The notes under the pieces are model-generated. The model was not told the DNA's origin, ran no database searches, and saw nothing but the letters and a program-made list of their open reading frames with translations. A stretch of 63,767 nt of DNA, counting the filler, from Choristocarpus tenellus KU-1152 (taxonomy: Eukaryota; Protista; Phaeophyceae), in NCBI GenBank assembly GCA_964200185.2. It is 10 parts of 10 records of this genome, joined end to end, with 100 filler letters (N's around TTAATTAATTAA, not from the genome) between each part and the next. Parts side by side here need not be neighbours in the genome. Positions count along the whole stretch, not along the records: positions 22,235 to 30,456 come from CAXNAD020004978.1; positions 30,557 to 40,268 come from CAXNAD020003459.1; positions 40,369 to 44,494 come from CAXNAD020016084.1; 7 more parts are not named here. One strand, written 5' to 3'. Shown piece by piece: positions 27,841 to 40,439 of the stretch. How positions within the stretch are numbered: the first letter of the stretch is position 1; the number at the start of each line of letters is the position of its first letter. The translations under genes were made by a program, and so were the position numbers.

Positions 27841-29791
27841 CCAACATACAGTATAATTACGCTTTCATAAAATCTACATTCTAGAGAATCTATTAAGGGG
27901 ACTGGTTCTGTGTGATGAGGGGTGATGAGAACTACCAGAGATGAGGTTCAGAAAGGAAGTGAGAGATGAGATTGAGCCATGCTGGGTGTATGTTGGCAAC
28001 CTTAGAGTGCCATGTGGATCAATCTTCACTGTGATTGGTTGTGAGCAGACAGACCAGGAAACACAATCTCAGACATTAGTATTTTGAATCCCCCGTTCAT
28101 GTCGGGGTTGCCGCAAGCAGATCATGCGTCTGACCCACACCACATCACTTGGTCTGGTCTCAATGACAAAAAGGTGGTGCACGCAAATGTATTTAACCAC
28201 GTGTATTATTCTCATCAGTGTTGGGAGATCCCTTAAAGACGACCTGTCCCTGTCAAATCGCTCATTTTAGGAAAATGAGTCCATCGCCTTGTACAGGTGT
28301 AAGTACAATTACGTAAAATAGTATCCCAACATGTCAAAGTATAAGTAGGGAACTTCTTCGTGCAAGTAGAGCGAGTCTCCTTCTATTCTATAGCAATCTT
28401 TGGAGGTGTAATAACTTCATATGCTGAGGAAGACCATGTACGTATGCAGCAAACAGGGTGGGCTCGACCCTTCCTTGTGATGAACCAATGTGTGTTTGGG
28501 TAGTTAGTGAGGAAGCGAATTAAGTTCGAATTCCATAATCAAGAGTATAAGATAGCGATATTGAATTCTAGGGCATGTGTGAAATGTATGCCTATTTGAA
28601 ACTCAGTCGTGTTCTTAGTATATAAATAGAGTGGTTGCGGTGAAAAGTTTACAGGTCCGAAGTGGTTCGTTATTTTACAATGTGTGATCGGCTGATGATG
28701 GTGTATGCAGTCTCAAATCCGCTAATCTGGTAGGGACCACTGTTTGTGTGTTGTTGAACCAAAGTAACACATGAAATTGACGTTCTATATTTAGGGTATC
28801 ATTGCCACAGGCAATAATTGACAATCCAGAAGACCAACACGATGGATAAACGTTCTGAAACATTGGTTCACCTGCTACGGACGGGATCATTCAGAGAAGT
28901 TATCCCTAGCCGAGGTATTACGCAAGGGCACGGAAGGAAGCAAGCGGAATTCAAAAACACTATAGTGGCTACAAAAACCACTACTTATTTGCAAATATAT
29001 ATGTAGTTATAATGACTTGGTCAGAGTCAGAAAAAGATATTTCCAAACCAGCGACAACAAGAGTGAATTTAATCACTTTTGCCTGCCATCAACCCTTGTA
29101 CTTACCCACTCGAATTTTTGCACAGTGATTCCCTCGTATCTATCCTGAGTTTTGATGTATATGAGTGTGGAAAGGAGGGCTGTCCAGCATCATACCGTTC
29201 ATTGCCATAACTCTACTGATGTACTGTTTGGAGATAATTTGTTATAACTTTCGTTCCCCACGAGTCAAGGGTCTTCTGAGCGATACAGGTTCCTGTGGGG
29301 TCTTTTCAAGAGTCCGGCGCCAAAGGTGAACTCTCTCAATTAGAGCTACCAATCGTCCGAAGACTTCATTTCGCTCCTCGTCTTCTGTCCATATCCTACT
29401 TTATCTCATCCGATTGGACACGGTTTGTCTTGGTTCGTCCAGCTCATCTTGCCTCGTGATGTTCTTCATTACTCTTGACTGAGTGAACCACATCGCCACA
29501 GAATTACGGGACTCACATATTCAAGTGAGCATTTAGTTTGCTACTAGTAATACATAATATCATATGTAGGGCCTGTCGAGCCAGCATTGGCATGAGTGCG
29601 GTGAAAATCCTGTTTTAACTAACAACCAATCTTTTAGATACGGTTTCGGTTTAGTCAGCAGTACCGTATGACGAAGAAATACACCATTGACATAATAAAA
29701 ATATTATATGTGTAATTATACTTGTGACAACGACAACTACTGACAATGTATATAGTTTTCATTGGTTTTCCCCCTGACACATCTATAAAAT

Positions 29792-30048
29792 GAGCCAAAG
29801 TATCTTAGAGGGTAAAGCCGCATCCACTTGGGGGTCAAAATCCAATGTTGTGATTTTGGTGTAATTATGGCTATCGTGTTTATTAGGACGTGCCAATATC
29901 CATGTTCCGGACACACCTTTTCATAACGTATACATTTTACCTACTCCGAAATATTTTGGAGTAGGAAAATGTCATAAAGCCCCGGGGGAAGTCAAGCCCC
30001 AAATGGACAAACAGGGCAAAACTCGTACCCTCTAAGATACTTTCACTC
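29792..30048 (+). mobile_element. MITE family A, full copy inserted in hairpin repeat C, TSD AAAT/GAAT
   Basis: GAGCCAAAGTATCTTAGAGGGTA...TACCCTCTAAGATACTTTCACTC. The flanks rejoin to the uninterrupted repeat seen at 49486 and 54039. Confidence 0.92.
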
Positions 30049-31316
30049 GAATGTCAGAGGGTAAAATAATATAAAATACTTGTGACCACTGTACTGTTAC
30101 AATAAATGCATACCGTCATGCAACTCATCGATTATCAATCTTCTCATTTCTGAATTAGTTTGTGGCTAGCAAGAAAAAAATTCCCTATACCTTTTAGTGG
30201 GTTCCTTGGTCGAGATTTCTTTTTTGGTGAAGTTGAAGTTGAGAAAGTGATAAAATGGCTCGAGATATCTGCCTACCCCACCATTGCTCGTTCGTTCAAT
30301 TTCGCTTCAGGATCTATCTTTGATGGGCTTGGTGGATCTTGACAAAAAGGTGACGCTTCTTTTATGTAGCAATGGATGGGGGTTGAGCTGTTACAGGCGA
30401 GTAGCGCGAGTATTTCTTCCCGCGCTTTGACTGGCGCGAGCAGTATACGCGCGTGGNNNNNNNNNNNNNNNNNNNNNNNNNNNNNNNNNNNNNNNNNNNN
30501 TTAATTAATTAANNNNNNNNNNNNNNNNNNNNNNNNNNNNNNNNNNNNNNNNNNNNTGAGTTATCAGAACCTTTTACTAGTGATTAATTTATGGAAAGGT
30601 TTAACATATAAAAAGGAAATATTACCGTTGTTATGGAGTGCTGCATGCCCCACCTAAATTTAATCAATCACTCTACAGACACCAAGCAATCTCACTGGGT
30701 TTATCATTTTTATCCTCTTTGATGATTTTGGGGTTACTTTAACATGTTCCATATTTTTGATGTAGATGTTCCTCAAAAACACGGAATTTTGAAACAGACC
30801 TACCGCCATCCCTTTGCAGCTTGAGGGTACCTCTCGTTTACCCCAACCCTCCCTGTACAAAATACTTGCCAGTGTATATCTAAATTCGACGTACATCTAT
30901 TAAAAGGTCGTTTCGGTACTATATTTCACCATACTTAAATCAATGAGACCATTGATGTCACTTCATCAAGTCAAAAACAATTGCTATGACACTAATCAAT
31001 GACAGAGCATTTTGTCTTACTTCTTGAGCACAAGGATAGGAATATATAAACACACAACAGGTATAACAAATACATTATCCATCCGACCCATGCTACCAAA
31101 TCACCCAATCAATCGCAACATGGAATAATGGGTCCCGAATGGACAGTCACCCCTCCCAGATACTCTCACCCTAATCTTTACTTAATCCTTCGAAGTGTCA
31201 AAAAACCACCCAACATTCGGAGTACTGCAAGCATCATTTTTCTATAATTGTTCTGCACTTCGAACCAAAACGAGTTGGAGTCACCAAAAACATATCGTAT
31301 GAGTCCTGCGTGTATC

Positions 31317-31813
31317 TGTTACAGGTGAATAGCACGAGTATTTCTTCTCGTGTTCTAACAAGCACGAGCAGTACACGAGATTAGTAGCACATAGGTAGCC
31401 TTATATAATAAAAGATGATTCCTTAGAAGATGCAGAGTAAGATTCGTAATGCATACACGTAACGTCACAGAAGAAACGTCAAGAAGTTGCAGAATAAGGG
31501 TTTATGAATGGAATATGTATACAGCAGTTTGCAGATGTCTTTTGCCATAGAAGGGCAAAGAAAATGAGTGGATGATGATAATAATAAAAGGACTTTTGGA
31601 CACATCATCCATTACCCCCTTTTAAAAGTCTTCTTTGATCTTGAATGAAGCATTGAGTCAAGCTTTGAGCTACGCACTGAGTGAGTATCGAGAGAAGACT
31701 GTCTGACACCCAAGAAGCTGTTAACAAGGGCAACGCCCCCATAGCGTCGTTTTAAGGTCATTGGATTTGAGTTGCACATCCTGTGGAGGTGAGTTCTGGG
31801 GCGTGCTGTAACA
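31317..31813. mobile_element. Solo LTR, same family as 24410-24873
   Basis: TGTTACA...TGTAACA ends, flanks TATC/TACC, shared blocks GAAGATGCAGAGTAAGATT and TTGGATTTGAGTTGCA. Confidence 0.85.
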
Positions 31814-32060
31814 TACCGGCATTCCAATGACATTGGTTTTAGATCATGAAAAGGTTAAAACAACCGTGCAAATATGAAAACAACGGAAATACCCTCCAAA
31901 ACAGGAATACTCCCCTTACACTGTCAATTCACCCTATTAAATTCTGTATTGTGAATTGAAGGTGATACTATAGCTTGATCGATGCATTGGGACTCCAGCT
32001 TTCATTCCATACATCTTCAATTGGATCAATAGACCTGTAGCAGATTTTACGTCTGTTTGG

Positions 32061-32235
32061 GGCTTAAAGTATCTGGGGGAGGTGGTCTACACCAGTGTGT
32101 CCATTCGGGCCCTGACCAAGAGAAGTGCACTGACATTACCCATCCGACGCATGCAACCAAATCACACAAAAATTGCGACATGGAAAAATGGACCCCGAAA
32201 GGGCAACCGTCCCCCCCCCCCAAATCATTTGAAAC
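32061..32235 (+). mobile_element. MITE family B, full copy, TSD TTGG
   Basis: GGCTTAAAGTATCTGGGGG...C-run CAAATCATTTGAAAC, flanked by TTGG. Other B copies or ends: 22235-22275, 31073-31171, 36806-36987, 40239-40268, 40369-40409, 44595-44733, 47792-47809, 61696-61858, 63629-63690, 63716-63767. Confidence 0.88.
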
Positions 32236-35200
32236 TTGGCTGCCTCTCGCCCTAAAGTGGAACCGAAAGGGTTTACCACAATTTGCAAATAATGGAACGT
32301 ATCTTGGGTTTAAGGTAGATTTACGACCTCAAGCCAACTGCATTAGATCTGGCTTGCCCCCATGGTGCCGACCATATATTGTTCATTATTTATCTCGAAA
32401 ATTCCAGAAGATATTTCGAAAGTCTTGAACACTACTTCCCTCCGTAATAGTAGGTATAGATACGAAATCCTAGATTTATGTAACAATATAATTCCGCCCC
32501 CTTCCCTTCTACCTCTGTGTCCATTTGAAGCAATATTTTATTTAGGGGCGTTCAGTAAGAAATCGAAGGTGGACAGAGGAGTAGAATGCTAAGCATTATC
32601 CCTGAACTACCTTCTACTCTAAAGGATGTTCCTGTGTACTTGAGAAGGCAGTTAAAGAAACTGAAGCTGTGCACCAAAGTGTGCCAAGGTATTCAACTTC
32701 TTCATATATTGATATTTGAGCTGACTCTAAATGCCATTTGCAATGTTTTCAGATTCATTTTTTAGTTAAGTCTACCTGTACTTCCTAACTTTTTTGGTTC
32801 TTATTTGACCCAACAGAGATTTGTGATCTGTGTTGCTGTTGAGCTTACACTTGCTACTTTGAAATTGGTAGCGTACTGGGCTCTGGGGATACTGTAGACT
32901 CAGATCGAGGTTTTCATATATCTTCTGTTAGAGTTAGCATTGATTTTGTTTTCTTCATCTTGTCTGGTCTGAAACCACTTCACGTTCACGCTCTCTAAAC
33001 TAATCAAGCCATATCAGCATTATACTGCAACCCTGCTTGAGGGAGTCCTTGCAATGGTACACTGTTTTACAGTCTACAGGCACAACGAATTCCATGTGTA
33101 CCGTCAGCAGTTTCGTTTTAAGACATACCGGAACACCCACTAAATCGAAATCCTAATTTAAACCCTATGTGATATTGGTTTGGCTTCTCCCATGACACAT
33201 CTGGAAAATGTCGAATTGCATAATAATAATAATAATAATAATATGTACTCCATTTTACACCATCATTGTTGTATTTTTCTCAAGTACTTCGAAGTAGTAC
33301 ATATTTTTGGGAGGTATCTTGGCATTGGCGATAACTAGGAAGTACTGTTGTATTTGCAGTAGCCTTGTAATGTAGTTTTGGTTTTGGTTTTGGTTTTGAT
33401 TTTTCTCTGGCACATCTTCACAGCATGAGCTAAACTAGTATAAATAATATTAATAGGATATCCTAAAATAAAAGTACACATCTTGGTTAGATTAAGTTGT
33501 GTCGATTTTTGAAAAGATCGTGCTACCTATCACGCGATCAAGGGCATAAAAATGACCCCAGCCACGTACCCAAACAGTCAGATCAATTTTGGAGGGGGTT
33601 CACTCTATAGTCACGAGTCTAGGAAGTGCACGCAAGAAACGCAAAGAGAGATCCATCCCACCCCCACTTCACAAGTAAATAAAATAATCTCAAGGAAGGG
33701 GGGGGAGGTCAATGTACCTAAGAAGGGGGCTAAGAAAAGATTAAGGGAGAATGCAATACCACCAAATGCTTGGAATAGAACATCACTAACGTAGTCAACA
33801 TCCCCAGTACGATAATATTAATAATAAAAAAGGTCAGAGTCGCATAATTTCTATCCAATCTGAACCTCAGCCATCACATGCCACAGAGAAAAGAGGAACA
33901 CAAGAAGAGCAATACATAAAAAAGTAGGAAACATGAACAGCAACTATCAGCAGGCGGTGGTGAGTTGTGCATGTACCCTGAGCTGGTTGGGCGTTCTTAG
34001 TGGCTGCTATAGCATGACACACACATAATCTACCGCATTTTCCCTGCATACCACTCGTCCATAAAGAAAACTCTTTGCTCCAACACACACTCACTTGTAC
34101 CGTATGTGTTAGTTTGTTGCCCTTATAACTCCATCCCTCAATTGTAATGCCACATTTCTCAAGGTCGACCTGCAGGCACAACTACCAGTTCTTGTCCTAT
34201 TCACCTTGCTTTCGGTTTCCACTTCCAAGTTCCCCAAACACTAACTAATGCTTTGGTGAATCGCTCACCGTCCCCCATGCATGCAACTAACTGACCCTGC
34301 AAACGGAAACCTACCTTTTCGCACAGTTATCTCAATACTGTCACACCCAATCTTGACAAGGAAATATTTGTAGGACACTGTGTGGTCTTTCTGATCCTGC
34401 TCGCTAAATCCGATGCAGTGTGAGAGGAATGTGTAATGATGAGATTGAAGCCTCACATAGTGGAGCTGTTTTGGTAATAGGTGTAACCTCGTAAGTCATC
34501 CTAACCAAACCAGGGCACATGCGCACTTACTACTGACAGTTGAATGGTGCTTTCCTGTTGGAGTTGATTTGTCTCGTGTTCCTCATCCCTTCACCTGATA
34601 TGTGATGAGTGGTGTTTGAATTGAATAGACTGGGCGTGACACTGGATGTTCCTTGTTCGTTTCCACTTTTCCCATACGACCTGGCAATATTGATGCTAGT
34701 ACGTTATGCCTGGGGTTGTCCTGTTTATCGTTGTTATCTACAATTGGTCTTCTCTAGTTGTTTCTCCTTAATTTCTTACTATTACTCGGTATATTTTGAC
34801 AGTATTTTGTTACTACAGGTTCCTTGTGCCTACCCTTCAACCTCAGTTTTGACTCCCCACAAACTAGTATAATGACCAAAATAACAACAGTGATAGTGAA
34901 AACAGTTGCCTGGAAGAGTGGATGTGGTCTTTGAGCGCCCTAAATCATACATTTGCAGTCTGCGCAATCTCTTTGTATCCGAAAAGACAACAAGTGACAT
35001 CAGAGGCATGTTTAGGGCTGCTTGACTTTGCTTGCACCAGGTGCAACACACTGAGAAGGCAAGTATCCCTTGGCGATATTTTGCAGTTTGGCACTGTTTG
35101 CTACTCCGATCATACTCAGAGTGTGACAAAGTAAATTTCGACTGTGAGGGAGTGGGATTTGTAGACGATCATCCGGCAGAGGGCAACTAATATTGCAATC

Positions 35201-36805
35201 TGCTTCCTTCTACTTGATATTGAAAAACAAGAGGATGTCATTGAAGGTCTATGTGGGTGCATGAAAGAAAAGTCTACCCTTTATCGAACCTTCCCAAGTA
35301 TAATGGAGAAAACACTGGTGATGGAAGCTGCTGGTTCACGCTCTGATCTACATAACCAAGGGACCAAGGTGAGAGTGTAGTCAGCGTTCCACTCATGTTG
35401 CTGTGTTGATCTCTGTGCCTCAGACAAACACATAGCTATGATACTCTTCCTTTCTCTTCTGGGTGTACGTTGGAAGATCATCCTCTTGTGTGCTTAGTTC
35501 CTATATCTCACGCCACAATCGTTGGGGGTTTTCGTAAGAATTCTACCCCTCTAGGGAATTAAATGCACTCAGATAAACATGTTTCGACAATGCTGTTAAA
35601 TGATAATCCTGTTCAGCACTCCAGTATCTCGCTTATAATTGCCATAATCAGCTACTGACAACCTTCTATGACCAGAGTCTCACTCATACAGAGGTATGTG
35701 TGGGGAAAAACAGGGTGCGTGCTGGAGGGAGAAGAAGAGGGAAGATCTCCTAGTTAGTAGCCACTTTGCTCCACCAGCGTCTGGAGGAAAGGATTATCAG
35801 GTGTATGTGTTTGGGTATATCCAGAGATTTTCCGACAGGAGGAAAGGAGAAGGAGAGAATCACCATCTACCAACCACAGGAAAGGCACAGGGCGGGGCTG
35901 TGTGGGCTATGCCCGGGGCAAAAGAGGAGGAAGAGAATATCCATCAGCTAGCTGTCACTGCCCGTCGGCACCAAGAGGAAAGGAGTAGGAGGAGACTATG
36001 ACTGAGTAGGAGGGTTAAGCTTTTTTTTTTAGTCTGTGCCGAAGGAGCTGACCTGGGTATACGCACATGAGCAGCGGTGGGGTCTGTGCCTAACTTTGAC
36101 CTTCAAAGTGGCTAATAGGGAGGACTAAGTGGATAAAGGCATTATAACCCAGGGCCTGCCAGACATTATTATTGCAAATGACATCCTACACCAACCATCG
36201 GCCCAATGGCTGAACCGCATCTAGAAAGGAAGGGGACGGTGTCTAATGTTAGTCGCAAATACTCACCGATTTGCCTCTTGGAATAGGTACTGGCAATTAT
36301 GCGAAGGGAACAGAATCGAGCTTCTTATTTTTCACAGATCACAGTTTTTTGGGACCAAGAAGAAGCGTGATTTAGGTTCCATGCACGGACGTTCTAGATG
36401 TGCGACGATGGTACCTAAAAAATTGCCGTCCTAGCCTACCTGGTTGCTTGGGTGGGTACCTCCAGTCGTTTTCGTACCCCAGCACAACCTTACTCAGCAC
36501 GATGACTTCAAATTCTCCTCAACATTTTGGAGGGGGGTGGGAGTGCTCATTTTTCTTTGTTCACTACTTGGTTCCTCGAAGCTTGACTGTAGTGGTCTCT
36601 GAAATTATGGCTGTCTTTGCTTACAAACTGGCGAACTAAAACCAGAAATATATCATTCTGGGACAATTGATCTTTCTTACACCAGATGAGCCAAAGTATT
36701 CTGTGTGCCACTGTGGTTAAGGGATCTCTGTAATTATCTTATTATTTATATCTTTACATCCCTACGTCCTTGAATTCATTGACAAACCATCCATTCACAG
36801 GGTTT

Positions 36806-36987
36806 GGCTCGAAGTATCTGGGGGAAGGGGGTGAGGGTTTACACCAGGGTGTCCATTCGGGCCCTGGACAGGAGAAGTGTACTTCCATTATCCATCCGAT
36901 GCATCAAACCAAATCACCGAAAAATCGCGACATGGATAGATGGGCCTCGAATGGACAGCCACCACCCCTCCCCAAATACTTTGAGTC
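36806..36987 (+). mobile_element. MITE family B, full copy
   Basis: GGCTCGAAGTATCTGGGGG...CCCCAAATACTTTGAGTC; interior matches 32061-32235. No TSD is recognisable. Confidence 0.88.
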
Positions 36988-37132
36988 CTTATTCTTCTAC
37001 ATCCTCCACAGATTCCTGATGGAGGTTACCTGAATTTGGTGTATGGATATGGGTTCAGGGATCACGTGTACAAGCCCTTCAACAAAATGGTCAAGAACCA
37101 CCCCGTTATAAGATACTTCAACTCAATGCTAC

Positions 37133-37720
37133 TGTTACAACACGCTCCAGAAGCTCACCTCCACAGGATGTATCGCTCCAATCCACAGGCCTATAGATCG
37201 TCAAACCGCCCGATACTTGGAAAATATTGGTGACGACAGCTGCTAAATACACACCATATTCAACGAACCAAGTGTCATCGAGGGCACAGTGTGGTCTTCG
37301 CTCCACCTGTATTGCTTGCTGTGTTCACATCCGTGCCTTAGACAAACACGTGGTAAAAAATTATTCCTTGGGTGTCCCATACATTATCCTGTCGTGATGC
37401 TTGGTGCCTGGCCTCTGCACATCATGTCGCAGTCACCTCTTTGCACTTTGCCTACTAAATCTTACCTGCCACTACATCGCACACATTCAGAAGACACCTG
37501 TTGCGACAATCCTATTGGAACGATTGTGTTGGATGACAATCCTTTTGAGCGATATCCCTCTTGGGTAGTCCTGTTTCTCACTACGGCAACCATAATGGGC
37601 TACTACCAATCTTTGATGACCAGAATGGGATGACCTGTGGCAGGGGGGACCTATTGTTACAGCATGCTCCATAGCTTACCTCCACGGGATGTATTGCTCC
37701 AGTCCACGAGCCTATAGATG
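37133..37720 (+). mobile_element. Miniature or deleted LTR element (TRIM-like)
   Basis: ~66-bp direct repeats start with TGTTACA at 37133 and 37655. PBS-like TGGTGACGAC at ~37228 and PPT-like GGCAGGGGGG just before the second repeat. The repeats match the reverse complement of the solo-LTR end. Confidence 0.55.
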
Positions 37721-40439
37721 GCGCTGGTGCACGTATGGGACTCCTGGTTCAGAAGTCGTCGAGTATGTTGGAGCTCTCACTTAGATTATCATCAATATCA
37801 TTGTATAGAAAGGAACTGGTCAACGATGTCTTATCACAATCGGGGACGATAGTAACCAAATAATAAAAAAATAGTAAAGTACAAATATATCAAATCTAGG
37901 ACTTCAAGGCCATAATGGCGTTTTTGAAACCGCCATCAAGACATATCGCCTGTAATACTATGCCTGCCTGTATGTACAAAAGGAATCGACCTACTATGTG
38001 TTGGGATTACACAGTGGCCTACAGCTTAACTTATTGCACACAGTAAGTAGTAGTAAGTGAGTAAACTGAGAACCAATTAAAGGCGTTCCTGGAACAGTAT
38101 GTTGGTCTCAGTAGTATTAGGCTAGTCATGTAAAGGTACTTCAGGGTCAGTAGCGCTATACTTGGTTTTATAGCACAGAGGCATGCCTTGACATTGAAGT
38201 CAAGGTCACCCATATGATAACCTCCACATAGAGTGAACACTAGGCATACCTCAACGTGCGTTTGAACCTAGAGAAAGATTGGATCCACAAAAGGATGGGG
38301 GGCTCACCCCCTCCTCCCATTCTCCACGGAATAATTCTCTCACACTCTCCTGAGGAATATAGCACGCATAGATAACAAGATGCTAACATTTCACCGAACA
38401 TCCAACATATAGTATTTGAGAGTGAAGCATCCTGAGATTACCAAACTGTGAGATTGGCCCATTCCATTCAATATGAGTCACACTCAAGATGACAGAAAAT
38501 ACTCTGCAGTGTCTGTTGATAATAATGCATTATGTGGAATATATTTATTATTCATTTTTCATTATTATTTACATAATGTTATTCTGAGGGTCTAGAGTTC
38601 TCTAATTCTAACCCTAGCCCTAACCCTAACCCTAACCCTATATCCTTACCCTTACCCTTTCCCAAAAAAACAAATACAACAAAACAATAGCTAATATATG
38701 AGTGGGGTGCCCCGATCATCCTACGGTACTCTGGAGTATGACAGCAACTCAATTGGAAACGGTGTGCTATCAGTTTATCGCAAACAACCCACATGGAGCA
38801 ATCATTTGTCTGTTACAACGTTTAAATAGGGTTCCGCCCTAGTCGGCGGCACAGGATGACTTAGAAGAAACAGCTGAGAACCAAACCAATTGAGAGGTAG
38901 GCAAGTTTGTACCCTTTTGCATTCCAAACCATCTTTCTTACTCTGTGCAATAAACTCTATTTCGTTACTTCATGTGAAAAATAGTGTACGTAAGATCGAT
39001 ATTCCCCCTTTCCACACAGAAGTCACACATCACAATTGAGCAAAGGCTCTTTCTCTAATTGTACAGAATTGAACCGTTTTGCCCTTTATCGGGATCCTTA
39101 AAATGCAACCCTGCCTACCTCTAACTCGATATGAGTCTGAGGATGCATGTAGGATTTCTTGTACCATTTTTGGGGTAGAAATACATAGCGTCACACCTCC
39201 TATCATATAGAAAGAGGTCATTTTTTTAATACAATATACTCTAAGATCGTCTACAAAAACTTCTTTGAGGTATTCATAGTTTTATTGTTGGTTTGATATT
39301 GGATTTCAAAAATTACCAGATCTTTTCACCAGAACGGCATTAAGAATGGTTCCGTTTGCTGGCCGGACCGGTCCCACACTTATTTGGTATGTCCCGATCA
39401 ATGTGCATTAGATATCATTGAACCGGTCCATGCCCGCAGCCAGACCGGGTCTAACATTCTCCAACATGTCCGGACCATGGGAATGCTTGTTTTACCGGTC
39501 CATGTCTGCTGGCCAAACAGGGTCTAACATTTTCTGACATGTCCGGACCATGACCGCGTGCAAGTCTGACTTTTTTTGCATGTTCAGACCATGTCCAGTA
39601 AGTGTTGTACTAGTCCAACTGTTGAAGCCGTTTTGCTGTCCCTTGACAAAAGTGAAAAATGTGTGCAAAATTTCGACCGTACAAGGCCTTTCCAGTTTTC
39701 TTCATGCTTGAGTTGTACTTGATTATTGGGATTGGGATGTCCAGGAGGATTTAGCCTTCACAATCGTGGTACAGGGGGTGCACCTATAAAAGAGAGGTCG
39801 ATATAAGAGAAAACGGGATATAAGAGCATCTTCTATACGCACGTTTTGTTTTGCCGTTTGGTTTTGCTTTTTGGTGAAAATCTGAATGGGAAAAAGAGAA
39901 CTGGAAAAATGCGACAGAAGAGAGATACACGATAGATTTCATTTCGATTATACCGACGCCTTGTATTGTGCCTCCTAATATCACCATCACACCACTCCAC
40001 CGTAACGTCTAACCCTCGAAGCCAATACCGATACAAGATTCTTCGAACACTGAATCATGGCTTATGAGGATGCGGTCACGGGAATTGACTTCGAGCTGAA
40101 TGCTGCGCGGTGTCATGGGTGCTGAAGAGACTGGAGAAAACGTGCGGTTCAAAGATGACAGCTGCTCATTTGAAGTCGTAACAAGCGTTTCCCATCGCCT
40201 ATGCGGCGAGATCCGTGAAGGAATGCAAAAGCACAGTTGTGTCAAAGTATCTGGGGGGGGGGGGGGGGNNNNNNNNNNNNNNNNNNNNNNNNNNNNNNNN
40301 NNNNNNNNNNNNTTAATTAATTAANNNNNNNNNNNNNNNNNNNNNNNNNNNNNNNNNNNNNNNNNNNNCCAAATGGACAGCCGCCACCCCCTCCCAGATA
40401 CTTTGAGCCCTATCTCATTCACGGTGTGTGCCTAATTAC

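Noticed and set aside
33867-34456. Two exon-like segments on the minus strand
   Set aside because: The splice phases are incompatible and no domain is recognisable.
40239-40409. A single MITE B spanning the gap and linking two contigs
   Set aside because: The flanks AGTT and CTAT do not form a TSD, and the family has many copies.
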